Positions 18,777-26,545 of a stretch of 35,160 nucleotides of DNA are shown here, piece after piece. The stretch is from an uncultured Methylococcales bacterium. Lineage in GTDB: Bacteria; Pseudomonadota; Gammaproteobacteria; Methylococcales; G963664935. The translations under genes and the position numbers were made by a program. Location: the NCBI GenBank assembly GCA_964653275.1, contig CAZZET010000027.1, positions 4,000 through 39,159 of the forward strand, given 5' to 3'. Below the pieces are notes generated by a model. It was not told where the DNA came from. It ran no database searches and saw only the letters and a list, made by a program, of their open reading frames with translations. How positions within the stretch are numbered: the stretch's first letter is position 1; the number at the start of each line of letters is the position of its first letter.

Positions 18777-18962
18777 GTGAGCGATAGCGAAAACACAGTA
18801 GCTTCACCGTGTATCCGAAATTGCTGTTTAGATACTAAACAAATTTGTTTGGGATGTTTTCGATCGCTACAAGAAATATTGGACTGGCAAGAGGCTAGCA
18901 CAGAAGAGCGTAGAAAAATCCTTGTCAATGCAAGACAAAGAGACAAGGAAATGCCGCGTTAG
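18777..18962 (+). CDS. DUF1289-like small Cys-rich (putative Fe-S/Zn) protein
   Basis: 61-aa ORF, GTG start with GAGGAAA SD. SPCIRNCCLDTKQICLGCFRSLQEILDW matches the DUF1289 Cys pattern. Lies 86 bp after fdhD on the same strand. Confidence 0.55.
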   Translation: MSDSENTVASPCIRNCCLDTKQICLGCFRSLQEILDWQEASTEERRKILVNARQRDKEMPR

Positions 18963-19174
18963 TACAATCCAATTGAGCAAACAAACTCAGCCGGGTGTGG
19001 CTCGAACATCGCTGTATCATCACAGTTTTCCTGCACGTTTTGGTACGAAATATAGTTTTTCATTAAATCTTCCAATAGCTTCGTGTTTTCCTCATTCGGG
19101 TTATTTATAAAATCGGAGGTGCACCGAATCATTTTCCAACGCCAATAATCTTTTGTTTCGTCTTGTATTTTCAT
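18959..19174 (-). CDS. Hypothetical small protein (71 aa)
   Basis: ORF only; no recognisable motif. Convergent with, and overlapping by 4 nt, the DUF1289 gene. Confidence 0.25.
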   Translation of the reverse strand: MKIQDETKDYWRWKMIRCTSDFINNPNEENTKLLEDLMKNYISYQNVQENCDDTAMFEPHPAEFVCSIGLY

Positions 19175-19219
19175 TTTGATTTAATCTAAGTTCGTTTGAA
19201 TCGCTCACTAGTTTAGTAC

Positions 19220-19282
19220 TGAAAAACTACAATGCGCTTACATTCTCATGAATTTTTGGTTAATGCTTCAATGTAAACGCAT
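19220..19282 (-). terminator. Strand-specific long-stem hairpin plus U-tract downstream of the 100-aa ORF (terminator or structured RNA)
   Basis: Arms 19232-19244 and 19270-19282 pair over 13 bp on the minus-strand RNA; the single non-Watson-Crick position is a G.U wobble there and a C/A mismatch on the plus strand. Loop is 25 nt. Followed on the minus strand by UGUAGUUUUUCAG. Confidence 0.4.
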
Positions 19283-19308
19283 CGTCGTCAAGGGATGCAG
19301 AGTGCCTC

Positions 19309-19611
19309 TCATCCATTGGATAAGAAATTCCACAGAGCCAGATGTGCTTGACTCGTATCTGCGGAATATTTCGACCAATGGTGTTTAAGGTCTTCGTCGA
19401 GTTCGTTCCATCCATATGAATATGCATTAGCTTCGGAACTGTTAACTAAATGGTTCACGTCAAATACGCTACCCTTACAATGCGCATTTGTATTAACTAA
19501 TTGATCGAGGGTATTTATTGATGTAATACATTTTGGCCGAATTGCCTTCCAACAGCTTTTTAACAACAGTCGAATATTTATGCACGGTACTTGGGCTTGG
19601 GTTACCATCAT
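19309..19611 (-). CDS. Hypothetical protein (100 aa)
   Basis: ORF only; no family recognised. Confidence 0.35.
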   Translation of the reverse strand: MMVTQAQVPCINIRLLLKSCWKAIRPKCITSINTLDQLVNTNAHCKGSVFDVNHLVNSSEANAYSYGWNELDEDLKHHWSKYSADTSQAHLALWNFLSNG

Positions 19612-19840
19612 AATGAGCTTCCTCGTAAAATTTAATTCAAGAAATGGTTCGGATTCAAAACCGACTCAGCATAAATGCTAAGGCATTTTTATTTCAGTTT
19701 TATGAACATCTCATTGAATTTGTGTGATAATTTGTAGAATACTTTGCGTCAGTAGTCATCGAAAAGGATATTAACCAAATTAAGTAAGCCCTCTCGATCA
19801 AGTGTGATTTTTATCGTTACTAAATTCTAAAACTGAAAAT

Positions 19841-20395
19841 TTGAATATGAAGCATGTCGTTAAATGTGCCACTGTGCCCATTCGTTGGTTTGGTGGTAGG
19901 TACTGCGTACTATTGGTATTCTCCGTTTTTGTGTTTCCAGTATTTGCAGATTCACGAATTTCAATCTTGGACTTTGAAGTTAAAGACCTGACGATGTATC
20001 CACGTGTTAAGGAGGAAAAAGAACGCGCAGCTTCGATGAAACCGATGCTCCAAGAAATCTTAGAAGCCAAAGGTGGTTACGAATTAGTTAATATCGATTC
20101 GAACTCCCAAAATGAAGCCAATAAAGGGACTGGATACCTTTTTGACCATCACGACATTGTTGCGAAGCTTGGACAAGAATTTGGAACAGATTTGGTATTA
20201 ATGGGCCGGGTCCATAAGGCGAGTCATTTATTCGTCTATTTTATGGCCCATCTGGTGGACGTTAAGACACAACAACTCATTGGGAATTACGTTGTAGAGG
20301 TCAAAGGTCCCCAAAAGAAACTCACTGTAAAAGGTCTGGAAAGCCTTGCTGAACAGATTGATAAAACTATCAGGCCGCACACTTCTTCGCGTTAA
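19841..20395 (+). CDS. Hypothetical secreted protein
   Basis: 184-aa ORF. N-terminal hydrophobic stretch CVLLVFSVFVFPVFA then DSRISILDFEVKDL. Family not recognised with confidence. A candidate weak terminator (ACCUGU-GAGUUU-ACAGGU then a U-run) lies at about 20572-20625. Confidence 0.5.
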   Translation: MNMKHVVKCATVPIRWFGGRYCVLLVFSVFVFPVFADSRISILDFEVKDLTMYPRVKEEKERAASMKPMLQEILEAKGGYELVNIDSNSQNEANKGTGYLFDHHDIVAKLGQEFGTDLVLMGRVHKASHLFVYFMAHLVDVKTQQLIGNYVVEVKGPQKKLTVKGLESLAEQIDKTIRPHTSSR

Positions 20396-20649
20396 TGGGT
20401 TGCATGTGTCATCCCTGTTCAAGGTAGCAGAGATGCTCAGGGAAACAGGAAGTACGACCTGACACCTAGTTACTACACAGTCGAAAACATTATTTTCGTC
20501 GTTATACAGAACTCGCCTCAAAATTAGACATAACAGCGCGATTTGTGCGTCAAATTCGTCAGTTCAATGAAAAACCTGTGAGTTTACAGGTCTTAATGAT
20601 CATTTTTTAAGGCGAAATGGCGGATTGAAGAGCAGAGATGAATAATGAC

Positions 20650-21390
20650 TTATTTTCTATCATCTTTTATATACATTACCGTTTTATTTCTCCTCATTTC
20701 GACTTTAAACAAATCACTTACTTTGACAATATCGCTTAGTTTTTTATATCCGTAATTAACCGGAGAAAACGAGGTGTTATTGGAAATATATTGCCCAACT
20801 TGACCTAAATGTGACCAACCATCATCCTCAACAGTTTGCTCAACTGCGGTTCTTAATAACTTCACCAACCAAGTATTCTGCCTGAGTTCATTACGAGCAA
20901 GCTTCTTATTGCCCGAATGACTTTTTTCCAATTTTTCTTCTTCCGAAGCTTCGGGTTCGATTAAGTTTTCGGTAAAAATAAATTGCGAGCAAGCTTTTAT
21001 AAATGGCAATGGTGTTTTTTTCTCACCAAAACCATAAACTTTAAGACCGTTGGTTAAAATCCTCATGACTAGCGGTGTAAAATCGCTGTCACTTGTCATT
21101 AATGCGAAGCCGTCAAGTTCATGACTATATAACAAATCCATAGTATCGATAATCATTGCTGCATCGGTAGCATTTTTCCCTGTGGTATACGCAAATTGTT
21201 GAATGGGTGTAATCGCAAAGGGATGCAATTTTTCTTCCCAACCCTGGAGCAAAGGACTTTTCCAATTTCCGTAGGCTTTGCGAATATTGACAACACCGTA
21301 CTTTGCAAGCTCGTTTAAAACTCCATCAACTGCCTTATAGCTAACATTGTCACAGTCGATAAGTAATGCAATTTTTTTCTCTTTTTCCAT
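20650..21390 (-). CDS. NYN (PIN-like RNase) domain protein with C-terminal OST-HTH/LOTUS domain
   Basis: 246-aa ORF. NYN N-terminus IALLIDCDNVS...DAAMIIDTMDL...FALMTSDSDFTPL. C-terminus WLVKLLRTAVEQTVEDDGWSHLGQVGQYI is LOTUS-like. Strong SD GGGAGGTGAGGG. Confidence 0.75.
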   Translation of the reverse strand: MEKEKKIALLIDCDNVSYKAVDGVLNELAKYGVVNIRKAYGNWKSPLLQGWEEKLHPFAITPIQQFAYTTGKNATDAAMIIDTMDLLYSHELDGFALMTSDSDFTPLVMRILTNGLKVYGFGEKKTPLPFIKACSQFIFTENLIEPEASEEEKLEKSHSGNKKLARNELRQNTWLVKLLRTAVEQTVEDDGWSHLGQVGQYISNNTSFSPVNYGYKKLSDIVKVSDLFKVEMRRNKTVMYIKDDRK

Positions 21391-21538
21391 AAACCCTCAC
21401 CTCCCAATTATGATCTGCAAACCGAAAGTCTCACAAATCGGCCAGCCACAAAACACATCAAGGTTTGTGGTGTACATAAGCTTGTGTTGTCATAAGTATT
21501 TCCTTTATTCAACTTGATTACCACGACACATATTTAGT

Positions 21539-21775
21539 TTAATTTTTCTTTTTCATTACATTTCTATTCGGCGCACCATACTCGGCATTAAACTTATCAA
21601 AAACTTTTTCAGTTTCAGCCTGGCTTGTTATTGCTTGAATATTTTCTAATAGGATTGTAAGCAAGTAATTATTGCTATACCCATATTTCTCATTTAATCC
21701 CCTTAAGTTCGCATAGGCTTTTTCTGACAAAGCCACATTCAATCGTTTCGGTAACGGATATCTTTTTGCACCCAT
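21539..21775 (-). CDS. Small ribbon-helix-helix-like protein (putative DNA-binding/antitoxin-like)
   Basis: 78-aa ORF from ATG 21775. KRLNVALSEKAYANLRGLNEKYGYSNNYLLTILLEN fits a beta-alpha-alpha RHH pattern. Upstream of, and on the same strand as, the NYN gene (148-bp gap containing a 7-bp stem-loop at 21446-21470). Confidence 0.4.
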   Translation of the reverse strand: MGAKRYPLPKRLNVALSEKAYANLRGLNEKYGYSNNYLLTILLENIQAITSQAETEKVFDKFNAEYGAPNRNVMKKKN

Positions 21776-22102
21776 CAAAATACTGCCACTTACTTTTAAT
21801 TCTAAACGGAGATGAATAAGCAGGTAATTATTATATGGAGATTCGCCAAGGTTATTTCAAACAAACCCCAAAAAGCCAATTTAATTCAAGATTAAGACGC
21901 AAAAAAACAGGAGACAACTTTGATTCCACTTGCATATTATGCAGCCAATTCGTGAAAGTCCAGGCTTCGCCTTATTGGTTGAATCTTTCGGATAACTGCC
22001 TTAATCCATTTTAAAAGACCATTTTCCGTTCAAACCGCTTTCTATTACCTATTTTCTCGGTTAATATTTTTATTTTTTTAATCGAATTAGGAGAAAAAAT
22101 CT

Positions 22103-22345
22103 ATGTCAGATCCAGTGGTTGCAAGTAAAACCCCTTTTGCCGTTGAAGTTGAAGAAGGAAAAATATATTCTTGGTGTTCATGTGGGCTTAGCCAAACCCA
22201 GCCTTTTTGTGATGGTTCCCACAGCACAACGGAATTCAAACCGATAAATTTTAAGGCGGAAAAAAGTGACACGGTTTATCTTTGTGGGTGCAAACACACA
22301 AAAGGACAACCCTTTTGCGACGGTTCCCACAGTAAACTCACATGA
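22103..22345 (+). CDS. Tandem CDGSH iron-sulfur domain protein
   Basis: 80-aa ORF. Two copies of the CDGSH motif: CSCGLSQTQPFCDGSHS and CGCKHTKGQPFCDGSHS. SD AGGAGA. Confidence 0.8.
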   Translation: MSDPVVASKTPFAVEVEEGKIYSWCSCGLSQTQPFCDGSHSTTEFKPINFKAEKSDTVYLCGCKHTKGQPFCDGSHSKLT

Positions 22346-22362
22346 ACCCCTAGATAGTGTAA

Positions 22363-22848
22363 ATGGCGCTCGAAATTGAGCACAAATTTCTAGTTATAAG
22401 CGATGAGTGGCGGGCATCGTCATACCAAAATACCCGATTGCGTCAAGGCTATCTTAATCATGATGAGCAACATTGTTCTGTCCGAGTCCGGAGTAGTGCA
22501 AATATGGCTTGGCTTAATATCAAGAGCACTACAATCGGATCACAACGCCAAGAGTTTGAATACGAAATACCATTCGATGACGCTAGTGCGCTTCTTTCTT
22601 TAGCTCGAAAGCCCTTAATCGAAAAGACTCGGTATCTGGTCAGGGTAGCGCAGTATGTTTGGGAGATCGATGTGTTTGAGGGTGATAACGTGGGCTTGGT
22701 GGTTGCCGAAATTGAACTCGAACGGTTAGGAGCAATGTTTCAAAAACCCGCATGGGTGGGGAAAGAGGTTACCAACGATCTGCGTTATTACAATACCAGC
22801 TTATCATTACATCCCTATAAAAACTGGAAAACTGAGAAAACATTGTAA
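22363..22848 (+). CDS. CYTH domain protein (triphosphate tunnel metalloenzyme / CyaB-like)
   Basis: 161-aa ORF. N-terminal EIEHKFLV signature and acidic residues (EFEYEIPFDD, EIDVFEGDNVGLVVAEIELE). Lies 17 bp after the CDGSH gene. Confidence 0.7.
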   Translation: MALEIEHKFLVISDEWRASSYQNTRLRQGYLNHDEQHCSVRVRSSANMAWLNIKSTTIGSQRQEFEYEIPFDDASALLSLARKPLIEKTRYLVRVAQYVWEIDVFEGDNVGLVVAEIELERLGAMFQKPAWVGKEVTNDLRYYNTSLSLHPYKNWKTEKTL

Positions 22849-22863
22849 ACATTAAATAATTCA

Positions 22864-23358
22864 ATGAAAAAACAAGCGAAATCCATTCGCATGACTGTTC
22901 TGATGACTCCGGAGATGGCTAATTTCTCCGGCAACGTACACGGCGGATCTATTCTCAAATTACTTGATCAAGTAGCCTATGCTTGTGCGGCAAAATATTG
23001 TAAAAGCTATGTGGTGACGGCATCTCTCGACCAGGTATTTTTTAAGGCAGCGATCAAAGTAGGCGAATTGGTTACATTTTTTGCCAACGTCAATTATGTA
23101 GGAAAATCATCCATGGAAGTTGGTGTCAAAGCCATTGCCGAAAACCTGACAACCGATGAGCAACGCCACACAAATTCTTGTTATTTCACCATGGTCGCTA
23201 AGGACGAAGAAGGTAGATCAAAGCGGGTTCCAACTTTGGAGTTAGTGACTGAGCTGGATAAAAAGTTGTTCGAGGCGGGGAAAATGCGAAAGGAAATGCG
23301 GAAAGAAATCGAGGAACGAAACAAAGCATTGCATGTTGGCATTCCCGAGGATACTTAA
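22864..23358 (+). CDS. acyl-CoA thioesterase, hotdog fold (YciA-like)
   Basis: 164-aa ORF. FSGNVHGGSILKLLDQVAYACAAKY is typical of YciA-type thioesterases. Lies 15 bp after the CYTH gene. Confidence 0.75.
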   Translation: MKKQAKSIRMTVLMTPEMANFSGNVHGGSILKLLDQVAYACAAKYCKSYVVTASLDQVFFKAAIKVGELVTFFANVNYVGKSSMEVGVKAIAENLTTDEQRHTNSCYFTMVAKDEEGRSKRVPTLELVTELDKKLFEAGKMRKEMRKEIEERNKALHVGIPEDT

Positions 23359-23455
23359 TGATCAACCTCAATCGACCATCTCGCCATGGAGGTTGTCCAA
23401 AAGTAGAAAGCCGCGTACCCCCCTGCACTACCTACCAAGCGATAAGGTGACCATT

Positions 23456-26212
23456 ATGGATCATGCAAATTTGCCGAATCCCCAAGATATACCGATAGCT
23501 GAACGAGTAGCGACATACGCAAATCAGACAGTCGATTTGCTATTCGAGCTATTCGTCGATGTAATCCGAATACGGCAACCCGACATCGAAGCAGTAATCA
23601 GAAACGAATCGACCGTTCCTCCGAGCAATTTGGATCTACTATTACGCTCGTTGCAAGCTAGAGGCATCTGGTTTCAGCTTTTACATATCGTAGAAGAAAA
23701 TGCTGGTATGTTGCGCAGACGTACTTTAGAAGTCGAAAAGGGTGTTCATTATGTACAAGGAACATTTGACCATGTGCTGAGTGAAGCGATTAAAGTTGGA
23801 ATTGGTGCATCCGAAGTTCAGGATCTCTTGAATCAAGCTAAAATTCTCCCTGTAATCACAGCGCATCCAACCGAAGCCAAGCGGGTTACGGTGATGGAAA
23901 TTCATCGCCGAATCTATTTGTTGTTAGTCAAACTCCAATCATCCCGATGGACCCCGCGCGAACGTAACGCATTGCTCGATCAATTAAGAAATGAAATTGA
24001 TTTGCTTTGGCTTACCGGTGAACTTCGTCTGGAAAAGCCCAGTGTTGATCAAGAAGTATCATGGGGGCTATATTTTTTTCGGGAAACCTTGTTCGATCAA
24101 GTCCCTCAATTATTAGGTAAATTAGAGCTTGCCTTAAACCACCATTTTCCCGAACATAAATTCACTGTCCCACCGTTTTTCCAGTTCGGATCCTGGATCG
24201 GAGGTGACAGAGATGGGAACCCTTTTGTTACCAATGAGGTCACTCGAAAAACTTTATTTCGTAGCCGGCGCACATGTTTAAACCGGTATCATAAAAGCTT
24301 GAATCACCTCATTCAAAATTTGAGTATTGCTCAGCACAGTTTAAAAATTCCTGAAACTTTCTTGTCGACCTTAAATCATGAAATAAGCAATTTAGAAGGT
24401 GGATCGGAAATCTCAGAACGAAATCCTGGTGAAGTATTTAGGCAGTTTGCCGTTTGTATGCTCAAAAAGCTAGAAACGACAATTGAATCGGCCGAACGAG
24501 ATTCGGTTCCGCTTAACGATAAGGTCGCATACCGCACTGCAGACCAATTTATCGATGACCTTTGTGCTATGGAAAAAGGACTAAAGGCGAGTGATTGTGA
24601 TGCAGTCGCCAAGACGATGATACTGCCGTTGCGGCGAGAAGCAGAAATTTTCAGATTCAGAACGTCAAATCTGGATCTTCGACAAAATTCAACGGTGGTA
24701 TTTGAAACCCTAAGAGGCATATGGGCAACCACAAGTCAAAAATCCGAATCGGATTGTCCGGATGTCGAAAGTGAGGAATGGAAGTGCTGGATTTCGCAGC
24801 ACCTGGATAAGTCCCTGCAACTTTCAATTGACACGAAAAGTCTGCCGGAATCAGCTCGGGAAACTCTCGAACTCATGAGTTTGGTTGTTGAAACCCAACA
24901 CCAATTGGATACCCAAGCCTTTGGCCAGTTTATTCTCAGCATGACCCAATCTGCGGTGGATATTCTGGGAGTTTATCTTATTGCTAAAATATCAGGCCTT
25001 TTCGTTGGGGAAGGTGACTATTGTAGTTTACCCATTGTTCCTCTATTTGAAACCATTGAAGATTTGCGATGCGCACCGGATATCATGCGGGAACTGTTAT
25101 CTAATCCCTTAGTTCGCCGTTCCGTGGAGAACCAAGGCGGTACCCAGGAGGTTATGATTGGCTATTCAGATTCGAATAAGGATGGAGGATATCTGAGTTC
25201 CAACTGGGAACTCAGCAAAGCACAAACGAAACTCACAGCCGTGGGCAAAGAAGCTGGAATTCCAATTTCATTTTTTCATGGACGCGGCGGTTCGGTCAGC
25301 CGAGGTGGCGCACCGACAGGATATGCTATCGCCGCGCAACCAGCGGGTTCCACCCACGGGCAAATGCGCGTGACCGAACAAGGTGAAGTAGTCTCGCATA
25401 AATTTGCTAACCGAGGGAGCGCCCTCTATCACATGGAGCTATTAGCGGCCAGTGTGTTTGAACATTCGCTCAAGTCGGCAACAGAGCCCGAACTTCAGCC
25501 CCACCCGGAAATCGATGAAGCGCTGGAAGAGCTGTCGCAATTGTCCTATAGCGCCTACCGTCAGCTTGTGGAAAAACCGGGTCTCGTCAGTTACTACGAA
25601 TCGGCTAGTCCCGTGGAAGAGTTAGCCCTCTTAAACATCGGTTCACGTCCTGCGCGGCGGTTTGGGGCCACGTCTCTTTCTGACCTTCGAGCAATTCCCT
25701 GGGTCTTTGCCTGGACCCAAAACAGGCACCTAGTCCCGAGTTGGTATGGCTTGGGTGAAGCACTTCAACAATTCGGTGACAAATACGGAACCACTGGCAA
25801 CGAACGATTGAAACACCTGTTTGAACAATCCCGTTTGTTCCGCCTGGTGATCGATGAGGCGGAAAAAACACTTTGCCAGGTCGATTTGTCAATAGCCAAA
25901 GATTATTCAGAGCTGGTACCCGATAACGCAATCCGGGAGCAAATTTTTTCGTTGATCGAAGAAGAATATCATCGCACTGTTGACCAGGTATTGTCGGTCT
26001 CTGGAAGTAGCCTGCTAGCTGAACGATTTCCGCGGTTTCGCCGAAAATTGTCTCGTCGCTTAGGCTCAATCAATCAAGTGGGCCGGGAACAGGTGAGGTT
26101 GGTTAGGACATTTAGAGCAATGGACAAAGAAGACCCCGAACGACGAAAACAGTTGATTTCACTGTTACTATCAATTAATTGTATTGCTACTGGATTGGGT
26201 TGGACTGGTTAG
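23456..26212 (+). CDS. ppc: phosphoenolpyruvate carboxylase
   Basis: Start placed at ATG 23456 (AAGGTGA SD); the ORF track opens earlier at 23333. PEPC signatures VITAHPTEAKR, GYSDSNKDGG, FHGRGGSVSRGG. C-terminal ...GLGWTG. Confidence 0.9.
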   Translation: MDHANLPNPQDIPIAERVATYANQTVDLLFELFVDVIRIRQPDIEAVIRNESTVPPSNLDLLLRSLQARGIWFQLLHIVEENAGMLRRRTLEVEKGVHYVQGTFDHVLSEAIKVGIGASEVQDLLNQAKILPVITAHPTEAKRVTVMEIHRRIYLLLVKLQSSRWTPRERNALLDQLRNEIDLLWLTGELRLEKPSVDQEVSWGLYFFRETLFDQVPQLLGKLELALNHHFPEHKFTVPPFFQFGSWIGGDRDGNPFVTNEVTRKTLFRSRRTCLNRYHKSLNHLIQNLSIAQHSLKIPETFLSTLNHEISNLEGGSEISERNPGEVFRQFAVCMLKKLETTIESAERDSVPLNDKVAYRTADQFIDDLCAMEKGLKASDCDAVAKTMILPLRREAEIFRFRTSNLDLRQNSTVVFETLRGIWATTSQKSESDCPDVESEEWKCWISQHLDKSLQLSIDTKSLPESARETLELMSLVVETQHQLDTQAFGQFILSMTQSAVDILGVYLIAKISGLFVGEGDYCSLPIVPLFETIEDLRCAPDIMRELLSNPLVRRSVENQGGTQEVMIGYSDSNKDGGYLSSNWELSKAQTKLTAVGKEAGIPISFFHGRGGSVSRGGAPTGYAIAAQPAGSTHGQMRVTEQGEVVSHKFANRGSALYHMELLAASVFEHSLKSATEPELQPHPEIDEALEELSQLSYSAYRQLVEKPGLVSYYESASPVEELALLNIGSRPARRFGATSLSDLRAIPWVFAWTQNRHLVPSWYGLGEALQQFGDKYGTTGNERLKHLFEQSRLFRLVIDEAEKTLCQVDLSIAKDYSELVPDNAIREQIFSLIEEEYHRTVDQVLSVSGSSLLAERFPRFRRKLSRRLGSINQVGREQVRLVRTFRAMDKEDPERRKQLISLLLSINCIATGLGWTG

Positions 26213-26545
26213 GGGCAAGCCATCCATTGACTACCATAAAGCAGCCGTATTAGAAAGCAAGCGCTGATAAATAGCCGTGATCGTTTAATGATGGTAAGTA
26301 GTACTTAATAGTTTTATTGAGGAAGTAGTGCAAGCTACTGCATGACCACCCCAAACAACGCGGTAATTCCTCGAGTTTAGCATCACGCACTCGTAGTAAT
26401 TCCTTTTGAGAATAAGACCAGACTTTGAGTGTTTTTTTCCTTAGCTGCTGATTGCTTCCAGCACAAAACTAATGCTACCTATAGCAATTCACCCTCCTCT
26501 AGACTGGGAATAAATATACTTATAAAAACGTATTATAAAATTGAA

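Noticed and set aside
19664-19702. Plus-strand hairpin AAATGC-TAAG-GCATTT followed by a T-rich run, upstream of the 184-aa gene
   Set aside because: There is no upstream plus-strand gene for it to terminate (the nearest is 700 bp away). The stem is only 6 bp and AT-rich, so it is probably fortuitous in AT-rich DNA. A weak sigma70-like promoter (TTGAAT...TAGAAT, 15-bp spacer) nearby was likewise not called.
25605-26069. 154-aa minus-strand ORF inside ppc
   Set aside because: Antisense to the conserved PEPC C-terminus. No signals.
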